This document shows, one piece after another, positions 25,921 through 39,242 of a DNA stretch of 64,000 nt. The position numbers were made by a program, and so were the translations under genes. Positions within the stretch are counted from its first letter, which is position 1. Each line of letters begins with the position of its first letter. The notes beneath the pieces are model-generated. The model saw nothing but the letters and a program-made list of their open reading frames with translations, had not been told where the DNA came from and did no database searches. The DNA is from Camelus dromedarius (Eukaryota), in the NCBI RefSeq assembly GCF_036321535.1, contig NC_087437.1, forward strand, positions 64,916,001 through 64,980,000. The letters run 5' to 3'.

Positions 25921-28399
25921 GTGGTGAAGAAAAAAAAAGGTGCATGTAGTAGACAGAGAACCATATAAAGTTAACCTAAGTGTTCTTTCCAAGAGAAGCA
26001 ATGGAGGTAGATATTCAACTGAATGAGTAATTCCCAAGAGAAAAAAAGGAAATTCTAATTCTGCTGCACTTGGAATAACCTTTTGAAAAGTCATTTTTGT
26101 TGTTGTTCCTTTAGAAGTCTCCAGTATAGCCCTCTAGTTATGTTTGGTCTAGCCACCAGAATTTCCCAAAGAAAATTCCTTGGGACATCTGTCCTAAGAT
26201 ACGTATGAGGAAAATAGGTTTTGTGGTTGAATAATGCTGGGAAATACTCATGACATATTCGCTTAGAAATTCAAATGTATCGTAGTACCTTAAGGGTTTG
26301 CTGGATCTTGAAAAAATGCTCCATTTAGTTTAATCCAGCTTTTCTTGTATATATTTGATCAAAGAGTCCTTTATCCATATGCTAGTTATTAACATTCCAA
26401 GGAACTACTGTTCCATGGAATAAACATGGAGAAATGCTGCCTTCAATGAATATTAAAATGACCTTAATACCAAAGCAAGGGCTAAAGGAGGTAGGTGAGG
26501 GAAGATGAGGGCTCATAGTTTTTTAGACTGGGATTGGAAATTTGCCTAGAACCCCTGGACTTAAGTCAGAGGACATAATGACTCTGGGCGAACTAGGTGT
26601 GAGAGGTAACTGAAGGTTAAAGCGATGTAGTGTTTTTAAAAAGTCTGATTTTGCTGTGTTGTCTAAAAATGTCAATAAAATAAATTATCACATGCAAGCT
26701 TTGAGTTGCCACTGTCATTAGCCTCTGGACATGTTAACCAAGAAGCTAATAAATATAATAGATGAATAGTTAGGTTTTACTTTCTGGATGCATTTTTAAG
26801 TCATTAAATTATAGGATATATGTCTTGAATCCTCAGGCATTTGCTCTTTGAGCCAAGTGTGTGAACTTTATGATGAAAGAAAATGGTTGCAGGTATGGTG
26901 GAGCACTCTTGTCCATTTTGTCCCTCAAGTTTTGGGGAAATGTTTAAGTCTACATAAAGTTTTCTCACAGCTATGTATTGTTTACTTACAAAATCCTGTC
27001 ATGTAGAAGTCACCTTCACTGTCATTGCCTAGTTATTGTAAAGAGGCACTAGGCCATTCAATGACTAACCAAAAATTCTGAACAATTAAAAAAAAATTTT
27101 AATTAAAAAAAAAAAGAAAATTTGCCTAGAAAATTCTCAAAGCCAGGAACCACAAATCTTGCAGGGTCACAAACACTCAGATACATACAATGTTCCTGGG
27201 AGCATGTGCAGGGTCTCTGGAAGGGGTCGGGGAGCACACCGCACTCACACTGTATCCTGCTACTGCTGTGGTGCAGGGACCCCACTGTGGAAGATTCAAA
27301 AGCTCCTAAACATATGATGCCATGTGTCTTCCACCCTGCACTTCCTGATCTTACTTCCTACTCTTTAGAAGAAAAGAGGCTACAAGAAAAACATTTAAAG
27401 TGGAGAAGCTCTACTGGAGAAACAGAGGCCACGCCCAGGAGTGGAGGGGGAAAGGGGGAGCTGAAGAGAAGAGACAGACTGGTTTGAGACCTCCAGTCAG
27501 ATTCAGGACAAGGATACTTCCCTGGGCAGAGGTGAGATGAGAGGCACCACTAACTAGCACCAGGCGAAGAGGACCCTTCAAGGCAGAGCTGGGCAGGAGA
27601 TACACTTATGAGAAATAATATTGACTTCTAAGGTCAGTGACCAGAATGGGAGCTTTCTGAGGACAGAAACCATGTTTAATGCATCTTTATAATTATTTTC
27701 TTCAGGAAAAAGGTGGTGGCTGGAAGGAAGGGGAATTGTGTCTGTTACAGAACAGGGAGCACAATGAGAAATCCCTGATAGGGAGAGGTGCATAAAATGG
27801 CTTGCTGTGTATTTTCATTGGCCAGTTTACATGTGACTTTCCAAATTAATGTCATTGGTTGGCTGCCTGAAGGCAAGTGAGCCTTCCTTCTCTGTTTTGC
27901 TTTACCCCTCCCTGTGGGTTCCTACCAAGGAAGGAGAGACTAGGATTACATCTTAGGTGGCCCGGTGCAAAGAGACCTAGAATCTTTGACCTTGAGGGGC
28001 TGCTGAGCTACATGCAGGATGGCAAATAATAAAAAGGAATAGACCAAAGTTAATAATGCCTAACTATGGATTTTTTTCTTATTTCCCTAAATTTATATTT
28101 TTCTAACTTTTCTATAAGAAGTATCTGGTTTTTTCTTTATAATTACGGAAAGTTAAGTCTATTGCTCTAGTTCATATCCTACATATCTAGTTCATATCCT
28201 CAGAAAACCTGAACAATCATCATGTGTAAATTTCCTATTAGTGTGCTTTTCTTGGGAAAAAAAGCTTTTTCCAAGCATGTATAATTGCCTGGGAACTAAG
28301 GCAGGAAATACTCCCTAGAAAGTTATAGCCACGTTTTTCTACGAGGAGAGTTGGGGGAGAACTTTGCTTGGGGTGAGATTTCCTGAGAACTGCTGGGTT

Positions 28400-29090
28400 A
28401 AATGGTTACGGGCAGTTTCGGCGAGGAGAATCACCTGGCAGCCTGCAAGGGGGCGGTGGCAGATAGGAAAGGTGGCCGCGGCCCGGGCCCAGGGGCGGAG
28501 CAGGAAACGGCGGCGCGCGGAGCGGGAGGCGGAGCGGCGGGCAGCGCCCCAGGTGGGAATGAGCCGGGCGGTACCTGCCCGCGGGCCGGTCCTCCCGCCG
28601 CGCTGCCCGGAGCGCGAGGAAAGCCGAGGGAGTCCTCGGGGAAGTGGTGCGTCCTGGGCCGGCCGCTGATGAAAGAAGACACAGTGTCCCCGGCGCCCCT
28701 GAGCTGAAAGGGGGCGCAGAGGGGCGGCATGGGCCCCGAGCTGCCCACACCTTGGCTGCTGCTCTTCACCTGGCTCCCAGCAGGTGAGCCGGGGGAAAAT
28801 GGGTCCCGCCTCGGGCCGAAGGAGACAGGAAGCCATTGTTGCCTGGCCTTGCGGAGCTGGCCACAGGCAGGACGGCGGAGGCCTGGGCTGCGCTCTAGTG
28901 CCTCTTGGCTCGGGTGCCAGGAGGTCCGGGGACCGGATCGAGTTTCCGCCTGTGGGAACCTGTTGTTTTCCTCTCGTTAGCCCAGCCCCTTCTGAAACAG
29001 GTGCAAGAAAGAAACCCAGAACCTCTGGGCTTCTCATCCTGCAGTCTTTAGGCACTTCTTTGTCCCTGAAGCGGAATCCGTAGCGGCGGA
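28400..29090 (+). promoter_or_regulatory. ILDR1: ILDR1 CpG-island promoter and 5'UTR
   Basis: Abrupt GC- and CpG-rich block with several GC boxes (GGGGCGG) surrounding ILDR1 exon 1. Confidence 0.88.
28729..28783 (+). CDS. ILDR1: ILDR1 coding exon 1 (signal peptide MGPELPTPWLLLFTWLPA-G), 55 nt
   Basis: Kozak context GGCATGG; hydrophobic leader like human [20 protein letters not shown]; donor CAG|gtgagc, phase 1. Confidence 0.93.
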
Positions 29091-30384
29091 AACATCACTC
29101 TTAAAATTCCTAATTACTTTTTCCTTTCATCTGATACTTGCTCTAGGTTTTAGATATGGTGAGAACCATACTGGCCCAGGAATGCACTTATTTCACTCCT
29201 GAGAGGTATATGTCTCCTCAGTATATGATGGAATGTTCCGTATGATTCACAATCCATTTTACAGGATCACAGCAGGAGGCTCTTTGCTAAACAGGTTCGG
29301 TGTCACTTTTCGGCCTTGTATCCACTCACTTCTCGAACTTTCCCCCTTGCTTATTATCTCACCATCAGGTGCCCATCCACCCACCCTTTCCTTCATGCGC
29401 TTAACCTCCAGGCCAGTCCCCTGTCTGCTTTGGAAGCTTGGTTTTGTGCATCTCAGTGTATCACTGAGAAAAATGGCAGGAGACTGTATGTGCATGGGTG
29501 AAACTAGATAGGAAGGACTAGCTGAGGGACAGAAGGTCTTTCATGCCGTTTCAGTTAGGATGTAGGTGTGACCTTGCAAATCAGAGTGTATGAGTTCTCT
29601 TGCAAGGTCTGCCGTTTTATTTCATTTTACCTTTTTGCCTTCCCTCTTTTAGGAATAGCTGCTCTCACCTCTAAGTCGTCTGTGGGAGATCAGCTCAGTC
29701 TGCTCACAGACCAGCTTCGGTCTTGTATTTTTCTGTGGGAAAAGAAGTAATAGGAAGGCACAGGTAGAATTCCATTTTTACAAGCTTGATAGGCATGAAA
29801 ATAGCTCAGGTGTAACCAAATCTCACTCAGACAAGATGCCACAATAACTTAAGCTTAAGGCTGAGAATAAAAGGGAGGGAGTGTTGCAAAAGGCTAGGAA
29901 AACTAGAAAAATTGGTATCCCCAAGGTCCTCTGGATTACCACATTTCCTGTAGGATGTAGATCCTATAAATTATCTGAAGCTGACAAGTCTGGGTGTCAG
30001 ACACCTATGGTACACAAGGAAATGGACTAAAACTCACCTTAACTGAAGTGCCCCCAAATTCCACCAGAGCAGTCAGCAGCTTAGACTGTGAAAGCAAATT
30101 CATAAAAATCCCACAGCTTTGCACAGTCTTCTCTCCTATGCCTCACGTGTTTAGCTCCAGCTCCACAGTAGCTAGGCATTTCTGAAGCTGCTTGAACTGA
30201 CTTTTCAGGAAAATAGAAGTCTACTCCCACCTCTGCCTTGGGCACCGCATCCTCAGAATTAGGACTTCGTAGCCAACAGTCATCTACATCAAAAGAATAA
30301 GAAAAGAAGCCTTATAGACAAAAATCCCATTAGGGTGTAAACCCCAATCCTTAAATCACTGGCATGATATTTTAAAAGCTGTTC

Positions 30385-30667
30385 CAAGATTATACTGTAT
30401 AGCACAGGGAAATATATACAAGATCTTATGGTAGCTCACAGAGAAAAAAAATGTGACAATGAATATATATATGTTCATGTATAATTGAAAAATTGTGCTC
30501 TACACTGGAATTTGACACAACATTATAAAATGATTATAAATCAATAAAAAACGTTAAAAAAAGTTTCCAAACCAAAACTACATTTGCATTTGAATAGGTG
30601 GTATATTAAATGCATGCTCCAGATAGTAGAATAAAAATTACAATCCAGAAATAAAATAAAATAAAAT
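30385..30667 (+). mobile_element. Short 5'-truncated camelid-type L1 with 3' extension
   Basis: 30385-30562 matches the 3'UTR of the L1 at 14.6-15.3 kb; TSD AAAAGCTGTTC at 30374-30384 and 30668-30678. Confidence 0.88.
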
Positions 30668-32559
30668 AAAAGCTGTTCTATTTTTATGAAGAATATTGAA
30701 CACTGAACATTTTTCAAATATAGTGATTATAACCAACGGGTATATTCTTACAGTAAGCAAATTGCTAAATGGACAGAGACTTCAAAAAGTAGAGCTCCAG
30801 GTGTTCATGAACCAGCCATGCAGTGTGAGTAGCCAGGATGTTGAGGGGGTCAAATAATACAGACTGCTGGGTTTGCCTGGCATTTGTTAAATGGAAGCTT
30901 ACCTGCATGACACATTTTAGAACCAGAGAATGCTGAACACACAAAAGTCCTAAGTCCAGTAAGAAATACAGTTTATATTGTGACATGTGCACACATATAT
31001 AAGATTTATAAATTAGGAACAAAGGGTACACATACACACAGTGACTATGTTGGATAAAAGAGTAACAAATTCACATCAAATATTATTTTAATAAAATTTC
31101 AATCCATAGAAAACCATCCCCAAATTAATATTATTAAATAGAAAAATCCGGTAAGTTGATTTTTTTCAAGATCTGCTGCAAACTTTAGATAGGAACTTTG
31201 GAAAACCCAACACTAGAATGTGTTCATTTTGGCCCATCATCTTGTCCTTTTCTGTTTCTAAAGAAGAGTCAACCCCACCCTCTGATTAGCACCCAAGTTT
31301 CTGCAATTGCAAAGTGTGGGCCAGTAGTGAAATGATGTCAGAGGTGAGTACTGGCTGGTTAGTGTGGCTTGGGGCCTCTCATGGAGACTCTGGGGTCAGG
31401 AGGTCCTGTGAAGTTACATAGTCTGTATGTTTGGAGCAGTGGAGAGATTAGTTGTCAGAGGGTTTTGTGTGTGTGTAATTCTCCAAACTTCATTCCTTTA
31501 AAAAGAAAAAAAATTTATCACACAAGTGATACTTGCTCCTTAAAACAAAACATTAAGATAAGGCTAAAGTAAGTTCCTGTAGCCCTTTGCATTATTGGCT
31601 AATAACTCTGGTTACCTTCATCCAACCTCAAAGTTTATTCCTGGAATGAAAGTTTATGTTTCCCCCCAAATTCTAAAAGGTTGTGTGTCATTTTGTGCTT
31701 TTGGGGATTTTAAAAAATATCTTAGAGTGATGTTAACTTATAGATCCACACAGCTATCAACCTGTATTATCATTCTTTGGGAAATCAGACAGCTCTCTCT
31801 TAAGGGACAAGAATTTTTGGAGAGCATCTAGATCAGTAGCTCTCCCTTAGTGGTGAGGGTGAAGGTTGGGATCATACTGACAACTTAATGACATCTTGGT
31901 CCTTGATATAGTAGATAGTAAAGTGGAGCTTCTCAGGGGGAGGGGGAGGTCAAGGGTGGAGGACGGAGGACTGTCCACTCAGTGCCTCCCTTGCCCCTAC
32001 AAGGCTCCCTGAAATACCTCCCAGAATCCCAGTGCTCTGCCAACACAAGGAGGAATCACTCCCATTCCCTATTTCCACCTCCCAGCCAGTTTTACAGATA
32101 AAGAAATCTGTGTCCAGGGAAGTCAGGTGTCTCAGATTGTCACGGTGGAGTTGGTTTGAGAGCTGGGACTAGAACCCTGGCATCTTCACTCTTAGTTCAC
32201 TGCTCATTCACCTGTTTCATACCTAGAGCAGGTTTGTTTTGTCTAATCGAATCCTGGTAGAAATAGAAGTTGACTACCTCCTGGATGTCTAACTAGATGT
32301 TAATTATTAAACACCTTGCCCCAACAACAATGCAGTGGGGTGAGATGCTGGGTTGTTACTGCTGTACTGTCTGCCTAGGTTCCTTTCAGCCTAATACTTT
32401 ATTTCGTTCTTTGAAGTCCTTAGGGGAGAAATAAGATTGTGTGTTTAAGAATTGGGAGGACTCTAATCATGTCTCATCTTTCTCTAGTCCTCATTTCTGC
32501 ATCTTCTAATCTCCAGATCTTAGGGTAAGGTGGGGTCAGAGGAAAGCATTCAACACTTC

Positions 32560-34095
32560 CTTCATTTCTGAAACCAGTTACTCACTGTGTTCTGTTGCTT
32601 AAGCCCAGCATCTTAACCATCTCCTTGCCTCTAGGCCTGATGCCTCTCTGTCTAGTTCCAACCATCCTCTACCTAGATGATAGGTTAACCTACCTGAATT
32701 AATCTTTCCCACCTTCACTTTAATCCTCCAAGAACTCCTACTAGATCCTCATAGTTTACAAGAGTGGACTAAAGCTCTTTGTTTGTTTCAAGGCTCCCTC
32801 ATTCTGGCCTCACGAACTTGGGCACCCTGGTGTCTGCTGCTCTGGGCATGCTTTTGTACCCCTTCTCCCTCCAACACACACCCTTCTTCCTTGCCTTTTG
32901 TCTGGCTGTACCACAAGTAGTTAACTTGAACCGCTTATTTTCCTTACTTTCAGAGAACTTAAAATTTGTTCTAAGCAGTTTAGACTGTCTCGTATGAATT
33001 TATTTGTTCTTTTATTCAGCAAATGTTTAATGCACACCATGTGCCAGGTGTGCTGTCAAATGAAAGTGGACATGGCCTTGGTCCCCATGGTGCTTACGAT
33101 CTAAAGGAAATACAGGCAAATATAGAGATACAACTATGACAGGGACCATGAGGAAGAGATATAAGGTAGCCCAGGAACATGTAATAGGTGGGGTTTTGCT
33201 CATTTGGAAGGCCCTCCCTGGAGTAATGATGCTGGAGTTGAGAGCTGAGGAATGATCGTCCCAAACTAAAGGAACAGCATGTGCAAGTTTGCTGGATGGG
33301 AGCTCAGTGATAGGAGAGGTGGCAAGAATGTCAGCATGACTGAGAGGAGGAAGTCAACTGGCGTGCATGTGGTGGAAATGAGGCTGGGGTGGGTAGGACC
33401 AGGTCTGCATGGCTTCATGGTAGGAAGCTTTGTATTTATCCTAAGAATAACAGACAGCTTTTGGAGATTTTTCAGGAGAATGAGTTGGGAGACTGACAGC
33501 AGCAGGTGGAATCCACATGGAGGAAAACCAGAGTTTGCGCTGGTACAAGTTAAGCTGATGCACTCTCCAGACTAGAAGTGATGGTAGCTTGTGCCTGGGC
33601 AATGGTGATGATGGAGAGAGAGAGAGGATTCCAGAAATACTTAGGAGATAAATAAATCCAGTTTGATAATAGATTGTATATGGAGAGTGAGGGAGAAAGA
33701 TGTCCAGGACACCTCCTAGTTTTCAGGCCTGCCCACCCACCAAGATGGGAAGTGTGGGAGAGGGCCAGGTTTGGATAGGATGAGAAGAGCTTAGAGCCTG
33801 ATTTAGAATTGGAAACAACCAAGAAGAGCTGTGAGGAGGATTTGGACCCATGTATCTATCTTGTCCTTTATTGTACATTAGTAGGATTTGCTCTTCAAAG
33901 CTCTGGCAGTTTCTGAGCAGTCCTCTGAAGCTTAGCCATGACCACAAGTACTTGCTGATGGGTTTACTTGTTGACTATTGACTTTCTCTCCAAGAGTGCA
34001 GGGACCTTGTCTCTCTCATTAGCTACTTCACCGCCATCCTCTGGAACAGTGCCTGGATCATAGCAGGTATTCAATAAATGAGTGAATAAGTGACC
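32560..34095. mobile_element. Cluster of L2 fragments in both orientations
   Basis: L2 3' ends (ttattcagcaaatgtttaatgcac...atgtgccagg; gtgcctggatcatagcaggtattcaataaatgagtgaat) and purine-rich antisense L2 body. Confidence 0.65.
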
Positions 34096-34269
34096 GCTGA
34101 AGGTCCAGAGCACATAGAAATTTGTCACTCTGGTGAGACTTAAATTTGCATATGCTCTGAGATTAGCATGTGGGGACACAGATGAGTCACTGACCTGAGC
34201 GACTAACTTTGGGAAACCCCAAGCATCTGCCTCTCAGCCAGGTCTTGTTGTCCTCTACCTCTTATAACC

Positions 34270-34935
34270 AAAGGATATCAAATTCAAACCACCTAAGGGG
34301 CTATTTTTTTCACCTAGTAGTTTATCAAAATTTTTTAAAGATTGATATTTTCCCCTGTTGGAAAGATTGTGGTGAAACATGGGAGTGTCACGCAGTGTTC
34401 ACAGGAATATAACTTCCTTTTCTGTATTATCTATTAAAATAGAAAAGCCTTATCGCATTTGGCCCAGCAATCTCACTTTGAGAAATACATCCTCCTGGAA
34501 TAAAAGCACGCGTGTGAAGAGATACTTCATATAATATAAAAGTATTCATTTCAATAAGTTATTTCAACATTGTAGTAGTGAAAAATCAGAAACAGGCTAA
34601 ATGCCCATCATTAGGAAAATGAGAAAATTATGGTTCATCCATGTAGTCACTTCATGCAACCACTAAAAAAGAAATTAAATTTATATATACTGATATAGAA
34701 TAGAGTGGTATCTTATTAACTTGAAAAAAAACAAAGTTGCAAGTCAATGTACTTAATATGATTAATTAAAAAAAACAGCATAGGAAAAGATGTGGACGAC
34801 AGACACCAAGTTATCAAGAGTGGTGCCTCTGGACAGTGGAATTCATGGTGAGCCAGGAAGAACTTTTTACTTTATTCTCTTCTCTATTGTCTTAAGTTTC
34901 TTATTATTTAGTTTATATTTACAAATTTTAAAAAG
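34270..34935 (+). mobile_element. Ancient L1ME 3' fragment
   Basis: tttggcccagcaatctcactttgagaaatacatcct; aaacaggctaaatgcccatca...aaattatggttcatccat. Confidence 0.65.
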
Positions 34936-35044
34936 GAAAAAAGAGGTTTCTATACAGAGTGGTATAAAATAAATTTGTGAATGTCCCTTAAATTTGTGAA
35001 TATCCCTTAAAGGGTTAAACCTCCACCATTAGAAAACTTATCCA

Positions 35045-35320
35045 GAAGGCAGGTGGTGCACTGGAAGCTGTGGGCTTTGGAATTTTAGAGGTGTAAGCGT
35101 AAGTCTAGTTTTGCTATTTACTAGTCTAGTTTTGCTATTTACTAGCCGTGTGCCTTCAAACCAGGTACTTAATCTCCCTGAGGATTTTCCTCATCTATGA
35201 AATTGAGATAAAAATAAGGCTGATCTCAAGGGTTTCTTGCAAAGGTTAGTGAGATACTGTGTAAAAAGCACCCAGTACCCTGCCTACCAGCATCTAAGTG
35301 CTCAGTAGTTACCAGTTTCC
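35045..35320 (+). mobile_element. MIR SINE containing a 21-bp tandem duplication
   Basis: tttactagccgtgtgccttc...tacttaatctccctgag...tttcctcatctatgaaattgagataa; AGTCTAGTTTTGCTATTTACT twice at 35102-35143. Confidence 0.7.
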
Positions 35321-38002
35321 TCACCACGGTCACCATAGGCTTCTCCCACCCCAAGCCTAGTGCTGTTGAGTAGCACAGTCAGATCTGTGTTTAACATGTC
35401 ACATGGAGATGTAATTCCTCCCCGCCACCACCCCCACCTGCTTCTCTTTGTCCCCTTTTCTCTGCTCCTAATTTTCTCTACCCCTTACTTCATATATGCA
35501 CATTGGCAGGCCCTTTTCCCCTTGATTCTTCTGTTTGCACTGTTATCAAAGGAAATGTAACAAGCACTGATGGTAAATATACTTGGGGAGATAACTTGCC
35601 CTGACATAAACTCTGATAGGATTAAACCTGTGTACTTTTTGTTAACCAGCTTAGTGGAGCAGAGGTGCCTGGGTCCCTGAAAACCGGGAATCAGCACCTT
35701 CCATCAGAGGCAGCATTAGGCCACTGCCCCTCGCCAGGAAAGGCCTTGCTCTCCCTCCCTGACTGCCACTCCCTTCCAAGCAAGGCCCTTCATGTGGTAA
35801 GGAGTGGAAATGCCATCCGGTCCCCTGAAAACGGTTCTTAGTTTAAAAAAGAAAAGAAGTTTTGTACCTATATACCTACGCTGTATGGATAATATGTTCT
35901 AGAAACTAAAACATCTTGTCCACACTGATGCTACACAGGGAAGGCAGGCTGAATAAATAAATGTACGAAGACAGGTATCTATTTGGGAACACATGGCGCT
36001 TAGTCGTAAATATACTCTTCTTTCGTTGGTATATTTTCCTTCCACTTTAACGCAGAATGGTAGTCCCCACCCTGCACAGCAGTGAAGTCTTGGAAAGTAC
36101 CTCATGGCGGGAAACAGAGAATCCCCTTCCCTTTCCCTCCTTCCCGTGAGCTTTGATACCTCATCTGAAGTCACTTTTCCACCCTTAAATGACAGATCTC
36201 CCTTCCTCTTTCAAAGAGGGGACAATCTGAATGGGTTTGCCAGGTAAGACACAGTTTTAAAAGCTTTTAATGCACTAATTCATTTTGCAAAGAGAAGACA
36301 GTAATGATAGCTTAACATTTGTAACATTTTAATTCTTTCAAAATGCTTTTACATGCTGTTCTCAGTTGACCTCAATTTCTCAAAGTATGATACAAATAAT
36401 CGCTGATGTTCATTGAGTATCTATTATGTGCCAGGCTGTTTGCTGAATGCTGGACATATTTATCTGATTTAATACTCACTATTACCCCATCAGGCATATA
36501 TTATCATGCCAGTCTTGCCTATAAAGAAACAACTGTAGTTTGGAAATAACTTGTCAGGTTTTTTAGCCAGCGGGGGAGTGGAGGCTGGAAGTGGAGAATC
36601 TCAACTCAGAAAGTCAGTCTCCAGAACTTAAAATTTTTGAGAGAAAATGATAGACACAACTAGCAAATTAGATGGCGATGAATTTGGGAGAAGGAGATGC
36701 CATAGGATGAAAGGCATTTAAGAACAAAAAGAAAATTTAAGAATTTGAAAACACGTAGTATGAGGTTTAAAAGAGCAAAGATGCAACCAGGACATCTATA
36801 AACAGAACACTTCTCTTTTTGAATCTATTCATATTTTCAGCCCACCTTCTGCTGCCCTTAATCTCTTCTTGAAAACTTTACCTGCTAAGTAGTGTGTGTA
36901 ACCAGTTTGGTTAGTTGCACAGAGAAATTAGAAGCTAAAGGAAAAGAAAGATGGGAAGTTTTTGCCTTTGACATGAGCTGTCTTACTACTTCCTTTCCCT
37001 TCCTCCCAATCTGGAAAGTCCTCCTGCTTTTTGGGAGTCTGGTGCTTGACTTCTACTTGGAAGGTCAAGCTTGCCTGCTTGGGCAACCTCTGGTTCCAGC
37101 CAAGTTCCCTTCTCTGACTCCCAACAAACCCACACTACATCCCTGCAAATATTCCACCTCTATACGAGTAATGTTGACAAGAGTCTTTTGAATAGACTGC
37201 TATTTGTGTTGAATTACCGTTCAGTTATAAAGGACATCTAGTTTATTAATCAAAGTATCAGAGTGACTGCTGCCCATTGTATATTAATTATTGCTCCTAT
37301 GGCCTGGCCCCATGCTATGATTATTTGCAAGTTAATGAATCCCAAACATCTTCCTTTATTTAAAGAATAGACAGGGAGAGTGACAAGAGCCTACTCAGGG
37401 GCAGAATCCTGACTTTGACCCCCTTAGAAAATAAATGACCATAGACAAGCCACTTAATCTTTTCCAACCTCAGATTTGCTATGTATTCAATGGCACCATT
37501 TTCTCCTCCCAGGGATCATATCTAGTGAGTCAAAGAAAATATATGGAAGTGCTCTGTGAATCTAGGATTTTGTTTAGACCACAAATCTGTGTTTTTCTCT
37601 CTATTCCAATCCATACGTGTTACTGAACAAAATAAGCTAGTGTTGACAATACCATCCTATTCTTTGCCAAATCTTACCTGTAGCTGCTTCTACTATTCAA
37701 TTAAAGCTGTGTTGGGTGAATGCGCCAATGTCTATTTCAGGTCAGTTGTAGAAAAAGGGCAAAGGGTGGTGAGGATGGAGAAGCAAAAATAAAAAATCAA
37801 TTATGAAATAATCCACGTTAGGCTTGAGATGCCAGTCATTGGCTCTTGCATTCAGACTGGACTGATTCCCAGGAACTCTATAGCTGGGAGAGAGAGCAGC
37901 TATTTTACCCCAATCTCCTCAATGCTTATTTTCAAAATGATGTTCTTTTTCTATTCACAGCTAAATAAGGAAGTCATCCATCTTCCAAAAAACACCACTT
38001 CA

Positions 38003-38072
38003 CCTTCTCCTTCCTTCTTTCTTCCTCTGCTTCCTCCTCGTCCTCCTTCTTCTTCCCCTCCTCCTCCCCTTT
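38003..38072. repeat. Polypyrimidine (TCC/TTC)n low-complexity tract
   Basis: ccttctccttccttctttcttcctctgcttcctcctcgtcctccttcttcttcccctcctcctcccctt, seen directly. Confidence 0.8.
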
Positions 38073-39065
38073 AGTGATTATCCATTAACTAGAAATAGAC
38101 GCTGAAGTGCAATTTACGCTCCACCCCATCTCCCCACTCACCACCACCAGCTCACTTTATCCCCTGTCTCCCATAAAGTCAGAGGCACCAGCGAGGTTGG
38201 TTCCCTCCAGATTCCCCAAGGAACTGCACCTTCCTCATAAGGACCTTGGCTCACTCTTTTCTTCCATCCTGAAGCAATGAATTTCTCTGCCCTCTCCCTA
38301 GTTTTCACGTGGAATCTTAATCCTACCTGGGTTGTAGGGCCTAGTTTAAAATCTCTTCCCTCTGTGACATCTTCTCCACCCACAGGTCTCCCCCACACTT
38401 CTGCAGGCCCACCCACTAGCACGGCTGTCCCTGGCACACCCTCTTTACAGCCCAGCCCTGGAAATGGCTCAGGTCATTCCTGGGCTCCAGAGCCTGCCCT
38501 GAGCAGCACCCTGCTTTCTCTCTGTGGCCATGAGAAAAGTGGGTGCTGGGACCCACTTTCACAAACCGCCACAAACCACAGTGGACTGACTTTTGAGGGC
38601 TGTGTCCAAGAAGCGAGGCAGGACCCAGAACCGTGTGGCTCTGACCACTGAGCCAGGCTCACACAGCTGCTCTGTAAGGGCGTGACTCTATCTGTTTTGT
38701 TTGTGGAAGTAACTCGGTCAAAATGAAGGCAGCTCCACCTGAGAATATTGGAGAGAATCCCAGCTTGAACCCCTTTCTCCTTGGCCCTCATAGTAAGGGA
38801 AAAAAGGAAGGAGACATGCACTGACACTAATGCGGCAGCATACATGCCAGCACCAGCACCATGGAGGTAGACATCTCATTGCATTGTTGCCAGGATCTAA
38901 TGCGGTTAGTACTATTATAATCTTCATTCGTAGCTGAGGGAAACACAAGCTTAGAGAGAATAAATAACTTGTCCAATGTCCAAGTAAGTAGTAAAGTTTG
39001 ATTTGAACCCAGTTGTGGGTTCAAATTTGAACCCAAAGCCTGGGTTTATTTTAGCTAGTCTACAC

Positions 39066-39242
39066 CAGTGGTTCTCAAAGTACACCACCCAGAGCAGTAG
39101 TGTCAGCATCTCCTGGGAATTTGTTATAAACGTAAGTTCTTGGATCCCACCCAAGTCCCACTGCTTTTGAAATCCCTGCTGACAGTGATCTGGGCTGGCA
39201 CGAGTCCTCCTGGCGGTGCACGCTCAAGTTTGAGTCCTACTG
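39066..39242 (+). mobile_element. MER5A hAT-Charlie element
   Basis: cagtggttctcaaagt...agcatctcctgggaatttgtta...aagtttgagtcctactg; 8-bp TSD GTCTACAC/TTCTACAC. Confidence 0.8.

Noticed and set aside
28339..29083. Overlapping long ORFs (up to 238 aa) on both strands at the ILDR1 promoter
   Set aside because: Expected stop-codon scarcity in a CpG island; low-complexity Arg/Pro/Gly/Ala translations with no recognisable domain
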